A stretch of DNA of 64,000 nucleotides from Dudresnaya verticillata (GCA_977862235.1 OZ374557.1:3968001-4032000), one strand, 5' to 3'. Shown: positions 1 to 13,269, counted from the stretch's first letter. The notes: generated from the sequence alone by a model not told the origin. Numbers and translations: made by a program.

Positions 1-944
1 GGAGGCGTTCCGAGCTTTCCAACGCGGGGAAGGCGTGAGAGCGTCGACATCAGGGTTGTTCCAGGGCTTACTGTCTGTTGCGATCGGAGTTGCTGCTCAC
101 AAATCTTTGGACGAACATAGAATGGTTCGACTTGACGAGCTTTTGACTGAGGAGGAGATAGCAAACTCTGTGTTGAGTTGAGTTGAGAATGCAAGCTAGC
201 AAGAGGGTCTATTGGTGCAGGATGATGAAGTAGCGATGGCAGCAAATAGTTTTGAACGAGATGGATCTCAAACTATGTCGGTAAACACTTGGATCTGGAG
301 CATGAAGTGGCTGCTCGCCCCGACGGTTTTGCCTGTCGCAACGATCGTCAACAAGCTTCTAGTCCTCCGAAAGATGAAGCACGAGCAAACGACAGATGGG
401 AACGTGCGCGGCCCTCGCAAAGATCATTGAGTTGTGTGGAACTGTAAGTATTGAGGAGTCTTACAGCATGCAGAGCGATTCCCAGTCGATGCTCTTGCAC
501 CGCGCGCTATTCACAATACGCTCTGTTTGCCGCCCTTGAAACTAGGCACGAACTTGTGGAGCAGCGGCGGAGCTTCCGCTCGAGACGCTCAATGACATGT
601 AGCGGCTGTGCTACCTTCGCGCCGACGGAACAGCACTGCGACTTTCGTGTTAAGGGAACATACCGTACCAAGGGCGCTTCCAAGCCTGAGACACGGTCGC
701 CTGAAGCCTACCATTTCCTGCCTGTCACCAAAACGTAGCCATCTGCGTCGCTCAGCTGCAAGTCCTGGCAGAGAAATGCGTGCCGGCTGCGCGAGCGGCA
801 GGCAGCAGCGCGGCGTTGCACAACGCCCGGCCTCAGTACCCGTCGCTGCCTGAGGTCGTCCTCGAGCACTGGACACCCCAGACGCAACGCCATCTTAATA
901 CTCTCGGGTCGCAGCAGCGCTTCGCGTCCACTCGCCGCCTCGAG

Positions 945-945
945 C

Positions 946-974
<29 letters not shown>
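945..974. repeat. C30 homopolymer (G30 on minus strand)
   Basis: 30 consecutive C; explains the poly-Pro and poly-Gly stretches in the overlapping ORFs. Confidence 0.95.
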
Positions 975-976
<2 letters not shown>

Positions 977-2002
977 CGCACTGCTCACCCGTACATCGCA
1001 CATCCAGCACGCTCGCGCCTTCACCCCTTGCACATCCCGTCCACAACGAGTAATGAGGAGGTCAACCTTCGACCTGCGACCCAACCTCTCGTTGTCACAG
1101 CTGCCGGGCCGGGTGCCTCTATCCCCAGAACGCAACACCAATGATGAAGGATCAGTGTGTATCGTCGCCCTACCGAGTCTTGTGTGCACATCCCGTCCTA
1201 GTTCGATCGCTCGTCCATGCTGTCGCGCTATTGCGTGTAGAAAGGGGCTGTGCAGCATTGCAAGTCGCCGATCGCTACGCAATGCACAACCGAATCACGA
1301 GCATGGCACGGTTCAAGTGCGATCCACCACGCATGTGCTGCCATCGTGCCGTACTCGAGTTTGGGCCCAGACGACGGCACGCCTTGCTGCGACGTACATC
1401 CACAACAGTATACGCCTCGCAACATGGTCGATCTTTCAGCTTCCGAAAGGCGGTTCGGGCTCCCGCGTCCTTCTGCTTCAACCGCATTGAGTTGCTGCAC
1501 ACAGATCGAGATTGGAATGGTGGTAAAGAAAGACAGACAATGCTCGTCCGGGTAGGAATCGGTGGTTTCGCTTATAGGCACACCAGCTATGTTATTCGTG
1601 TTCACCAATGCCTTGAATTCGCCAACCAGGTAGAAAACGATAAACCAAGAAACTCAGCAACAGGCGGCGGCTGAACTCCCAAATGCGAACGACATCGCTC
1701 GCGTACTGGACATAGGATCGCATCGAATGTTACGAGGGCAGTTTTAAGTGAGAACCGAAACTACTTGGACTAACGGCATCGGAAATCTACTTCGCATGAA
1801 AAGCGTAGACGAGAGATATCCGGGGATTCAGTCGAGGTCACAGGAACCGGAAGCCATAGTTATGTCGCACATGAAGTTACATGTGAGCTGACAGAGCAAG
1901 ATGACAAGAAACAGCGACTTGTGAGGCCAGTGCAACCGAGGCGCAATCGCTGGAAAGCCCCCCTCTTTGCTCTGCAACAGACGTTGAGAGATCTGCAGCT
2001 CC

Positions 2003-2542
2003 TTACTTGGCGACGACCTTCTTGATAGCACTGTAGGTCACGTCTTCCAGCTCATTGGCTTGAATCGTTTTCTGAACGGGCAGCTTGGTCGTGACGATAA
2101 CAGCGGAGGTGGCATACACCCTACAAGAAAAAAAAAAAACGGCAGACGTAGACCGCGTAAGGTTAGTGTGAGTATGCTACAGGACGTGACGTCGGATAAT
2201 GAAAGCACCAGAGCGCTAGGACGAGTGCCAGTGTTCGTACATTTTGTGCATGACGGGGGCGTTCTCACCAACCCACTGGATGAGGATGACCTTCGATTTG
2301 GTGACTGTCGGGGTCTCCTTCCACTTGAAGTCGGCCAGGACATAGCGAGAGTTATCTTCCTTCATCGCAGCAGTAACGGCCTTCCACTCCGCCTCCGGGT
2401 CGGCCTCGGGCTGGAAGGTCTGTTCGAGACTAATCTCGGTGTTGGTGTCATTAATTTTGAGGCTGACGGCAGAGTACGTACGCTTGTTAAGCGCAGCGTA
2501 GGCCTCGGTGCACTTGTCTGAGATCGCGATACCGGTGGCCAT
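2003..2542 (-). CDS. ADF: Actin-depolymerizing factor / cofilin, 139 aa, 2 exons (2542-2241, 2120-2003)
   Basis: MATGIAISDKC start, RYVLADF and KVILIQW motifs. Splicing a 120-nt GT..AG intron restores HKMVYATSA...IQANELEDVTYSAIKKVVAK*, the typical ADF-H C-terminus. Confidence 0.92.
2121..2240 (-). other. Spliceosomal intron of the ADF gene (120 nt, phase 2)
   Basis: GTACGA donor, CACTAAC branch point, poly-T tract, TTGTAG acceptor; splicing restores the frame. Confidence 0.9.
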
Positions 2543-3643
2543 TTCGACTGTTTTGACCAGGTGCACAGGCCTGGGGGTTAGTACTGTGAGGTGTAGAAGT
2601 AGAGAGGTCGGTGGAGTGTGGTATGCGTGTCGGTGCTGAAAATTGCGTTTGGAGAGGGGAGAAGGGGGGGCCGCCGGGGGGGAGGGGTGGTGGAGGGTGT
2701 GGTAAGCAGCGGGAAAAGCGGCGGCGAGCGGTTGATCAAGAGTGATGGGTTGAACTGAAAAGGGCCGTGGGCTTCAAATACGAAACCGGTGGCAAGATGG
2801 AGGGAAGGGCGCGCGCGCGCCGACTGGTGTGGCAAACAGAACAGAATGTCAAAAAAACGGAGCCTTACACAAAAGCACTGGAGGCCATGACGGCGTTTTG
2901 GCGGTCCGAGTGGGGCGCTGCGGGTAGCGAGTTGGACCGCGTTCGCAAATAGGGAGCGATTGCGGAACACGTGTCGATGACGCGCGCGGCGGGACTGCCC
3001 CACGGTCCGCCCCCGTGCGGGCCGGTCGTCGTCGGGGCGACCAATGCGATTGTCAGCGCCGGTGAACAAACGCGCGCCGCTGGTTGAAAACTCGTGGAGC
3101 GTACTTGTACATATCTGACGTGAATTCATCACGCCACCCACCTACCTGCGGCTCTCATCCCGCACTACTGTACAATGTTCCGCAGTAGCCGGCCGAAACG
3201 AGCAATTGGACATCGATCGGGGTCGATCACAGAAAGTTTGTCCAAGGCTTGCGCGCTTGCTTGTGTGGCGCCGCAAGAACGGCCAGCAGCATGCTCACAA
3301 CGAACTATCTAAACAACCGCACCAGAACTAAGACAAAAAGCACTAAAATTCCAGAAAACAAAAAATGTCCCATTGATAGAGTTGCTGGATGCTGGACATG
3401 GCTTCCCGACTGTAATTCCAAAACAGGAAGCGCTCATTACTGCAAGCTCATACAAATGTGTTGAGATAATGTAGGACTACAGTACCTGTGCTGTGTACCT
3501 AGCCCAGTACCCGGTCTGAAGGCAATTTAGTAATACCTTATTGCAGCGTTAATGTTTGAAGGGTTCCGCGGGTCCTGTCTACCTCTCAGAAACCAGGTCT
3601 CGCATGGGCTTCAAGAGCCTTTCTGTCAGCTGACGGCAATCGG

Positions 3644-4376
3644 TGTAGCAATATGCAGCCTGCCAGAACAGCAAACAAAAGAAAAGGGACAGCTGTCCGG
3701 CGACACACGCTAGGGTGTGGTACCTCGACGGAGGTTGGTGGAGTCTTGAAAAGGAGACAGGCCCTGATGGCCCGAAAGGGGGATGCGGAAGCGCAGTAAA
3801 CACTCGGCGCGACCGACTCAGGGAAATATAGAGGTTGCGACCTGGTGCTTCATAGAGTACTTGTCGTACGATTTTCAGGCCTGTACGAGGCGACCCCTGG
3901 AGGCGCCGAGCGCCCGGAAGACCAGAACGTGGGCAAAGCCCAATAACCTGCTCCGCAGAGCGTTTCTTCTGATCCTGCCGGCTACTCTGATGCTATTAAG
4001 TAGGTCTTGACAGCCGAAACATCTATCTGCCCGAAAAAGGGCTATATTAGTTTATGATAATAGTTATCAAGGCTAGTACAGTCCGTACAAAGTAAAGGTA
4101 TGAATTCGGTGGCGGAGGCCCTGGTGCTCAAGCCGGGGTCTCGGCTTCATTTTCGATACCTTCTGTGCAGAGGCGCTCTTCGTCCGTGAGTAGAAAAACA
4201 GCGGCGCGTCTTAACTCAGCCAATAAAAGGCGTTAAGTTGGATCCACTGTAATGCCACGTGTAATCCACGTGTACAGCGATGAAAGGAAAGCTGTCCTGA
4301 TGAAGGAACAGACTGTCCCGCACAGAGGAGATGCGTCACTGTAAGCCCTTTGGCTGATAGCGTCCATTCTGCTTCA
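3644..4376 (-). mobile_element. Solo LTR (733 bp), related to LTR type C
   Basis: Termini TGTAGCA...TGCTTCA flanked by the 5-bp direct repeat ATCGG (3639-3643, 4377-4381). Shares colinear blocks (GACAGCTGTCC etc.) with the LTR at 41176-41814. Confidence 0.75.
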
Positions 4377-4538
4377 ATCGGCTTGGGATTTCCGGTGGTG
4401 CTTCTTCACAAATAGGTTGCGAGGTGTTTCACCTTCACCGTATCCCACATTTGAAGTAGGCAATAGTGCCGAATGTAATACTCGAGAGAACTATCCTCTG
4501 AGTACCACCATATTGCTCTTGACAATGCTGTCTAAGGA

Positions 4539-4605
4539 CCAGACCACTAGGGTCTGGCTCACACGAACCGGACCCCTCGGTGCCACCCTGACTTGTATAT
4601 CAGTG
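4539..4605 (+). mobile_element. Fragment of a family-B-like LTR interrupted by element E1
   Basis: CCAGACCACTAGGGTCTGGC...GGTGCCACCCTGACTTGTATA matches the LTR B interior at about 21572-21635. Confidence 0.75.
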
Positions 4606-5438
4606 TGGCATAGCTGTAAGACCAGCTGTGCCTCGCACGCGCAGTTATAAGACCAGCTGCGCCACGTGTGCACCGCTGTGCGCACGCTGTCAGTCGGTGG
4701 CGCCGAAGCCCCGCGGAACTGTAAGGAAGTGCGATGTGGCGCCCGCATGTGCACGTGTACGCGTGTGACACTGAAACTCCCATGTAATTTCTACGTCTAT
4801 TTTTGTGTAGTGTACAGCACTGTCCAGTGTAACCGGCGGTCGAACGCCCTGCTGTCCCGCGCGCCTTGCGCACGCACTCCGGCGTAGAGCCGTTGAGTGC
4901 GTGACACGCGCGCGCGTACTCCGTCGTCGAGCCGTTGAGTACGTATGGACCGTTTCGCCCACGCGCGCCCCCGGGTTACCGTTACCCGTACGCGTCGACG
5001 CGTGTCGGGGCGCGCCGGCGCACCTCCCGGTTTGGTGCCGCCGCAGGCCCTGTAGTATATTTAGTAGTCGCCCCTCTGGGCTTGAATAAACAAGGCAAGC
5101 CAGCCTACGCCAGGCTTGCCCCTTTCTGCTTTGGGTTTCTTTCCCAGTCTTTTCGCCCTACGGCTTCCTCTTTCCCTAGCCGCCTAGGCTTTCCTTTTCC
5201 TTTCCCTACCGTCGGCTTCGTGCCGCCCCACGACGGGGACGCAGGGACCCGGCCGCTGCCGCCCACGTACGGTACACCCCGTGCGCGCTCATGCTTCGAC
5301 GCCGTTGATCCGCGACCGTCGACGGCGCGCGCGGCCGACACCACCGCTCTACCACCACCGCTACCACCCTTCGACTGGTCTGGGTGCGACTACGAGACCA
5401 GCCGCGCTAGACGTCAGTTCGACCTGACGTCTATGCCA
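4606..5438 (+). repeat. 5' LTR of E1 (833 bp)
   Basis: Perfect 8-bp terminal inverted repeat TGGCATAG...CTATGCCA; PBS follows 3 nt later. Confidence 0.85.
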
Positions 5439-5441
5439 TAC

Positions 5442-5459
5442 TGGTCTCCCGACCTAGAA
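5442..5459 (+). promoter_or_regulatory. Primer-binding site TGGTCTCCCGACCTAGAA (tRNA-Tyr-like)
   Basis: Directly after the LTR end; the same 18-mer follows two other 5' LTRs in the window. Confidence 0.8.
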
Positions 5460-5508
5460 GTCGCAGAAGACCCTCTCACCTCTCGCGTCGACGCGATCGA
5501 GGCCAAGA

Positions 5509-7928
5509 ATGCCGCCGCTACCTACTTCGGCCGCTGCCGGTTCGGCAGACGCCGCGGCAGGTGAAGTTGGCGGTCGACGCACTTCCCTGCTGAGTAACGT
5601 CGGCGTCTCAGGAGCTCCCTTAGAGGAAACGCGCCTCGAGCGCAGGGCGGCTATAGCCAAGGCCCTAGGAGGGACAACGGTCTCTGCGACTGACCTCCAG
5701 CTACGCTACGAGGAGACGATGAACTCGCTCTCGGAAGTGTACAACACCTTCATGGCCTCAGTCGCAGAAGCGCGGGCACAAGGTCAGCGTGACCTGGAGT
5801 CGCTTCGACGCGGAACTCTCGCCTCCGTCGAGGAAGGATTAACCCGAACCAAAGGGCTCCTCGACGAGCTACGCCAACGCGTTGAGTTGATTGAGCACGC
5901 ACCGGCGCGGTATGACCCGCGGGCGCCTAGCCCGTCGCCGGTGCGGAGCCATCCTCCTCGATCGCCGTCTCAAGCAGACCCGGTTCGCGAACTGGCCAAA
6001 GCCCTCCTCGCTGAGCGTCGTGCTCAGCGAGCTCTCTTTTCTCCACCGGCCTCTCCGCTTAGGAGTGGGCCAGGGTCCCCTCTCCCTACAAGAGATGACG
6101 ACCCCTTCTACGGGGTCGACCCCAAGTTACTGTAACGCGCCCTCGACGGGCGTGGAGTTGGAGGGGCGTCTAGCCCCTCACCACACAACGGTCCCGTGTC
6201 GGCCTACTGGCATTGGGGGCCATTGATTCCGGGCGTCGAGCTGCTGAGCACCTTGGTCCCCGAATTCGCAAAGGCGATCGACTACCGCTCCTATCGTCTA
6301 GACGACATAGGGCAGCGGGACAATCAGCAGCAAGTCTGCAATGGCAACACCGCCAAAATCGTCAGCAGGATGAAGGCTCTCATGGCGCGGCTAGATCGCT
6401 ACGACGGCAAGGAGCCCATCCGCTTGCTTGGCGTGCTTAGACAGCTACTACAAGCCTTCAACGGCGTCGGCCTGTCGGAAGGCGCAGCGGCGCGAGTGGT
6501 GTCCTGGTTCCTAAACGGAACGGCATCCCAGGTGTATTCGAGTCACCTTTTCTCGGGGGTCCGGACGACTAGTCGTGGCACCCCCCGTGCTGGGCCTTGG
6601 TGGTCAATACCCTCGTCGAGAGGCTCGTCACCGACGACGTGATCGCCGACGCGCACGACCGACTGACCACCGCCCGGCAGCGGGACGCCGAGTCAGAACT
6701 CGAGTTCGCCTCTCGCCTAGAGGGCTACGCAGATGACTGTGCCGGCATCTACTCAGACAAGAACCTGACGCACCAGTTCCTGCGTGGTCTGCTTCCGACC
6801 ACCCGACCCGCAGTGCCGGAGATGGTAAGGCAGATGCCGATGGTCGAGCAGACCAACTTCAGTACCGTTCGTCGGATCGCCCACAGTGGGGGCAAAACCT
6901 ACCGCGCCCGCATGGCCAAGGCGTCGACGCCGGCTATCGCTTCGGGGCGCGGTAGGGGGAGCAGTTCGGCAAGCTGCCGCACGCTGCTTATCGAGCCACC
7001 ACACACACCCGATGGGGAAGCGGCCTTCGACGGCACGATGTTGGTGGCGCCCGATGACGATGGTTTCGAACCCGACATGGTCGTGCCCGCGCTGTCGACA
7101 GCCGGGGCGGCTCAAGCCGAGGAGACCCTCGACATATCGGGACGCATCGACGCAGTCCTGCCGAGGAGGATCCCTCCGCTCACACCGGCGCAAGAGGCAA
7201 TGGCCCGTGCCGTCACCCCTGATCGACAGGGGTGGTACATCTGCTGTTTCTGCCGAGAACTCGGGCACATAATGTACTCGTGCCCGTTCCTGACTAAGGA
7301 ACAGCAGTCGTACTGCGCGTATGCGAACTGCAACCATAGACTGGAGACGCAGCCACACGCGCGCAACAACTTGCAGCAGCTCATCGACGAGCGCATGCCG
7401 GCAGGCGCCAATGCAAGTTACCCCGCAAGACGCTTCGACGCGCAGCGGGGTGGGGACCGACGCTTCGACGCGAGAGGTCCCCCGCAGCGCTTCGACGCGC
7501 AAAGGTATCGCGGGGAGCCGCAAAGGTATCGCGGGGATCGTCGAGATCCGCGCCGCGAATACCGAAGGGCAGACGTCCCGCGGTTCCTCACTCGCGACAA
7601 GCGGGTCGGGTTCGACGACCAAGCCGGTCGCCAACCCCGGGCGTCGACGCCCTCGAGGCCCGACCCGCAGCACGAACTGCTTCGAGCAGTGATGACCGTG
7701 CAGGAGCACACCGGGCTAGCAACCGAAGATTGGCTCCCGCGAGCGCTCGACGCGCATAGCAAGGGTGAGTCCGCCCGGGGGCAGGGCGAGCAGCCCCAGC
7801 TCCTTTTTGACACGCCGCCGCGATCGACGCGAGGCGCAGGCTGGGCGTGTAGCCAGCCAATGGGATCCGAGGAAGATAGCTCGGATTCCGAAAATAATTT
7901 TGACCGGGTCGAACCGGAAAAAGAGTAA
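5509..7928 (+). pseudogene. E1 gag (stop and frameshift disrupted)
   Basis: IDYRSYRLD/YDGKEPI region shared with the other gags here; zinc knuckle CCFCRELGHIMYSC; split into three ORFs. Confidence 0.8.
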
Positions 7929-10900
7929 AGGCGGCGCCGTTCGTGCGGTCGCGCGCACCGTCTCTCTCTACCCCAGACCTACCATCCTCCGCAGAGCCGT
8001 CGACGGCAAGTGGGGCGTCGAGTCCCAACCAACGAAGAACCTCCCCGCCAAGCAGCGCGGAGGGCCCCCTACGCGAAGAGCCGTCGAAGGTCACGCGCTC
8101 CAGGCCACCGTGGCCCCCGCGGCGTCGGCGCAAGCGACAGGCACGTCGCCGAGCGCGTAGGTGTCCGTCGACGGAACCCGAGGCACCTTCTGCTAGACGC
8201 GAAGGCACCATGGCTCACTGCGTCGACGCAGAGCCGGCCACTACCCCAGACGGGTATGTGTGCCTATTGTCCTCGGAGATATACCGCGTGTCTGGATCGC
8301 TAGGAGCTGACCCAGGGGTAATGATACCCCACACCATTGCGGTGGACACCGGCTCCGGGTACAACCTCAACGCGAAGCGGGCGCTGCCACCCGGATGGGA
8401 TCAGCACGCGGCGGCGATGGAGTCGACTCCTCGCCTCGCCGGGGCTGATAAGACCCCACTGAGCCTATCAGGGGTGGCGCACCTCTCGATGAGGTTGGGG
8501 AACACGACGTTCCGCGTGCCATTCATAGTGGCCGACACCTTGGCCGTCGACGTCCTGGTGGGAACGCAGTTCCTCAATGCGCACGTGCGAGGCATCGACG
8601 TCGAATCGAAACGCCTATCGCTCCGACGCGGGGGCTCAGTGCCCCTCCTCAAGCGCAGTAGACCTGCCGAGGAAAGCAAGCCGGTATCGAAGCCGAAGAA
8701 CCCGTCGACGGGTTTGTCGAGGAAGCACCAGAGGGAGCTCCTCGACTGGGATCACGGCACCCACACCATCCGCCTCTCTAGGCAGATGGTGCTCCCAGCC
8801 TATTCCCAAAGGATCGTCTCCGTGACTTCAGGAGCCAGTGGGCTGATCCACACCGAACCCAAACCCTCGTTGCAGTTCCGCCACGGCGTGAGACTTACCA
8901 ACGGGGTGCACGACGTCGAGTCGATGCAACCCTTCGGGGTCATCGTCGGGAACTTCACCGACAAACCTCGGACCCTGCCTAAGGGTACCGTTGTCGGCTA
9001 CGCGGTTAGGAACCCGGTTGCGCTGATAACTCCCGACCGCAAAGTCGCCGAGGGGTTCGGGCGGGTGATGAATATCACCACCCTACCACCACGGGGGCAG
9101 AGGCCCCCGGTCAACACGGATGGCGTCGAACCATCCACCCCGCCGTCGACGGCGAAGGGCATCGACGCCCAGCCGCTGCAAGGCGCAGCTACCGCCGCGG
9201 CGAAGGCCAACCCGTCCGTCGTGTACTGGGAGGCGCAGGTCGACCTTTCGTCTATCGACGACGAGGTCACCCGCAAGGAGGTCCTCTCCATGCTAAGGAA
9301 GCATCAGTCCATGTGGAACGGGAGGCTGGGCACTATTGCCGCCACCCGACACCACATCGACGTGGAACGGGCCACTCGCCCCATACGCTCCATGCCCTAT
9401 CGACAGGGCCCTGCCATGCGCAAGCTGGTGCAGGACGAGGTGGATAAAATGCTTCGTGCAGGGGTTATCGAACCCGCCACCTCGGAATGGGCATCGCCAG
9501 TAGTCCTGGCGCCCAAGAAGGACGGCACCCTTAGGTTTTGCGTGGACTATCGACGTCTCAACACGAAAACGCTAAGTGATGCGTACCCTCTACCGAGGAT
9601 GGACGACTGCATCGACAGTCTAGGCGATGCAGCCGTCTTCTCGACGTTGGACTGCAACGCGGGGTACTGGCAAATCCCTGTCGCAGAGGCTGACAGGGAT
9701 AAGACCACGTTCACGTCATTCTTAGGGACGTTTCGCTACTTGCGAATGCCCTTCGGGCTGAAGAACGCCCCCGCGACTTTCCAGCGCGCACTGGACATCA
9801 TCCTCAGCGGAGTCCGATGGCAGTGTTGCCTGATCTATCTAGACGATGTGATCATTTTCTCGCGGTCGATCGCGGAGCACGTGGATCATCTAGACCAAGT
9901 GCTGACTCTGTTGCGCAAGGGAGGAGTATCCCTGAAACTGAAGAAGTGCCACTTCTTTCAGTCGCGCGTTGGCTATCTAGGCCACGTCATCAAACCGGGG
10001 AAGCTACGCATGGCGCAGACAAGCAGCGATGCTTTCCGCCATGCGCAGTTCCCGACCTCCCTGACTAAGGTGAGGTCGTTCCTCGGAGCGTGCAATGTCT
10101 ATCGCCGCTTCGTGCGCAACTTTGCGAAGATCGCGCGTCCTCTGACGAACATGACCCGCAAAGACGCGGATGTGGATTTCGACAATCCAAGCGCCGACAC
10201 GCTCGAGGCATATGAGACGCTCAGAGCGAAGCTCATCTCGCCCCCTATCCTACAGCTGCCCAAGACGGTCAGACCCTATGTCCTTGACACGGACGCATCG
10301 GCTTATCAGCTCGGATGCGCCCAACTGCAGGAGCAGGAGGACGGCTAGCTACACCCAGTCGGGTACTGGTCCTACTCGCTCAACTCAGCGGAGCGCAACT
10401 ACTACACCACTGAGCGAGAGTGCTTCGCAGTGGTGTGTTCGATCACGACCCTGCGCCCCTACATCGAAGGCACGCGATTCACGGTTCGAACAGATCACGA
10501 TGCGCTTCGATGGCTGATGACTCTGACCGACTCTTCGGGTCGACTGACCCGGTGGCGCCTGCGGCTCGCGGAATTCAACTTCCAGATCGAGTACCGCCCC
10601 GGGCGGGTACACCAAGTCCCGGATGCCCTGTCCCGCTTGGTTCGGCCAAAGCGGAAACAGGAGGAGGTTGACGACGACGTCCCTACCTTTGACCCCCCGT
10701 CGACCGACCGCCCGCAAGGGAAGTCCTCGGCCTTAGAAGCCGGAGGCACGTTCGGGTACAGAACCCGCGGCGCACGTCTTGGTGACCACTCGCTCGCGGG
10801 CCAACGCATCTACGCGTTCGGCCCCAGTGCAGCCCGTCCCGAAGCCCGTCCGGGGAAGCAGCACCGGCACCGCGACAAAGACGGTCGCGGCAGACGAACC

Positions 10901-12470
10901 CCCGGACTTGGCCGAGGAAGCAGCGTGGGACGACACCGACGACGTCGACCTCTTCGATCGCCTCCGCGTCGACGCGGGAGACGAGCCATCGGACTTAACG
11001 TCCGTGGAGCCAGTGAAGCTCCCTTCACCTATTTCCGTCGAGGAATTTGTGGACGCGCAGCGGCACGACTCCTTCTGCCAGACAGTACTTGCAAGGCAGT
11101 CCCGTCGACGGGATAGCCATTTTTACGAGGACGGGGATGGGCTTCTATGCCGCCATCATCCGGTCATAGCTTCGCTAGACCAGATAGTGGTGCCCGAGTC
11201 GTTACAGCCTCGGCTGCTCACGCTCGCGCACCACTCCCTCCTCGCGGGCCACTCAGGGCAGAACAAGATGTTCTATTCCCTGCGTGATACCTACTACTGG
11301 CCGCATATGGCGGCCAGCATCGCCATGATAGTAAGAAACTGCAGGCACTGTGCCCGTAACCGCATTCGACTGCGAAGACACCTTCATAGACTGAAGTTGT
11401 TCCCGGCCACCAGGCCGCTGGAGTCCGTCGCTATCGACATACTGGACCCCTTGCCCAAGACCAAGTCTGGTCCAAATTCCTCGTCGTCATGACGGACCGG
11501 TTTACTAAGCTGACGCAAGTCGTGCCTCTGCGCACCATTACGGCTTACAACGTCGCAGTTGTCTTCTGTGAACAGTGGGTCTTGCACTACGGGCCCCCTA
11601 GGTCCTTGCTTTCCGATAACGGAAAGCAGTTCACCTCGAAGTTCTTCCAAGCCGTCTGCCGGTACTTGGGTTTGAACAACGTTTTCACATCGGCGTATCA
11701 CCCCCAGTCGAATGGGCAGGCTGAACGCTACAACCGGACCGTCATGGCCATGTTGAGGAACTACGTCAACGATCACCTAAACGATTGGGATCGCTACGCC
11801 TCTGCGTTGACGTATTCCTACAACTGTCACTTGCACCGCTCGACGCGGACGACGCCCTTCAGCTTAGTGGTGTCACGGCCTCCACCGGCATTTACTAAGT
11901 TTCACTCAGCGGTCGACCGCCCGAAACCTAGTGAGGATGTCCGAACGGACTTCCTCAAGCGGTTAGCACCGCTATGGGCCTGGCTTCGGCAGCCTTGGCC
12001 AAAACGCAGAGGCGTTACAAAAAGGACTTTGACCGACGGGTCCGGAAGGTCAACTCCCGCATCAAGGCCGTGGACTATGTCTTCATCGACGCAACGGACG
12101 GGGTGACGAAACCACCGAAGTTGAAAAGCCCAGCCATCGGGCCTTATCGCGTGCTGCTCAACGACGAGCGCACGTTGTTTATCGGCAGAGACGGCCTGGT
12201 CGAACGCATCGCAGCGGACCGAGCCGTCTTCTGCCCCTCGCCTCTGCGGGAAGACACCGCGCGTCGAAGCGCGTACTTGCCCACCGCCGACGATCTCGCG
12301 TCCAGGGCCGTCGACGGCCCGCGGTTCGTGGTGGACAAGGTCCTTTACCATGTCACGGCCGACGACGGCACGCTGCTATTCCAGGTCAAGTGGACCGGCT
12401 ACTCTAAGCCGACCTGGTAACCTCGATCCCATTTACCGGAGGAGATGGTGAGCTAATACTTACGCGCGTA
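7916..12470 (+). pseudogene. E1 pol (protease, RT, RNase H, integrase, chromodomain), disrupted
   Basis: AVDTGSG protease; FCVDYRRLN, MPFGLKNAP and YLDDV RT motifs; DTDAS RNase H; HHCC plus SDNG/GQAER integrase; FVVDKVL..FQVKWTGY chromodomain. Stops at 10346 and 12418 plus frameshifts. Confidence 0.92.
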
Positions 12471-13269
12471 GAAGCGTCGGAAGGGCTCTGGGCACGACGC
12501 CCCATCCCCTCCATCCGCCGCCTCGGCGGGGGCGCCTCGTGCTTAAGGAGGGGCCCCAGGCTTTCTTTGCCTGTCATTGCCTTTATCCAGGCATCCTTTG
12601 CCTTTTTCCCATCGACGGGAATACGTGGGGCCTAGGCCCCACGACACGGGCATGAATTGAGGCTGCCTAAGCCGGCGGCCCGTTCCGAAAGCAACCCGCG
12701 CCGATGGCAGAGGCCAAGGAGCAGGGGTGCTCTGCGAACTGCGCATCGCAAGGACGCTGGGCACTACGCCTTTCACCACTGCCGGCTCGACGCCCGGCAG
12801 TAGCGACGTCCCGCTATGCATAAGACAACCCCCGTGGGTGCGGGTTGTCTGACCAACGCCGACGCGAGGCTGCACGCTGGTGGCGAAGGGCAGACGTCGA
12901 CGCCCCCTTCTCCACCGCCACGCGGCAGAAGCCCAGGCAAAAACGAGGGCACGCGCACGCCGAGTCGACTCGGGCGGAGGTGCTCGCCATATGCGCACGC
13001 GCAACGAGCGTCGAAGCTCGACGCGACCCGGCTAGAGAAGCCGCTAAGCCATCCAAGCCGAAACGCCACCGACGTCGACGTCAAGTGGCAGCTGCACGCA
13101 GATGGCGACGGGCAGGCGTCGACGCCTCCTTCACCAACGCCGCGCCGCAGTCGCGGGCAATCGTCGGCCAAAATCCACTGCCGTGGCGTCAAGCCGGGCG
13201 GGGCGCCAACGCGCACAGCCCCCACGTCGATGTAGGGGCGCCAGAGCCAAGAACGCTGGCGTCCTTCGG

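Larger units (their letters stand above)
4606..13269 (+). mobile_element. E1: Ty3/gypsy chromodomain LTR retrotransposon, degenerate, 3' LTR missing
   Basis: 5' LTR, PBS, gag with CCHC knuckle, then PR-RT-RH-IN-chromodomain in gypsy order; joins E2 gag abruptly at about 13270. Confidence 0.92.

Noticed and set aside
1..470. Acidic ORF remnant (LDELLTEEEIANSV) reminiscent of a pogo-type transposase tail
   Set aside because: Stops in frame, no DDE motif or TIR visible, cut by the window edge; unsupported.
500..1700. Many overlapping ORFs of 75-236 aa
   Set aside because: No recognisable domains; consistent with GC-rich chance ORFs or an unidentifiable relic.
6753..8211. Long minus-strand ORFs (318 and 207 aa) opposite E1 gag
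   Set aside because: Shadow ORFs of GC-rich coding sequence with no motifs of their own.
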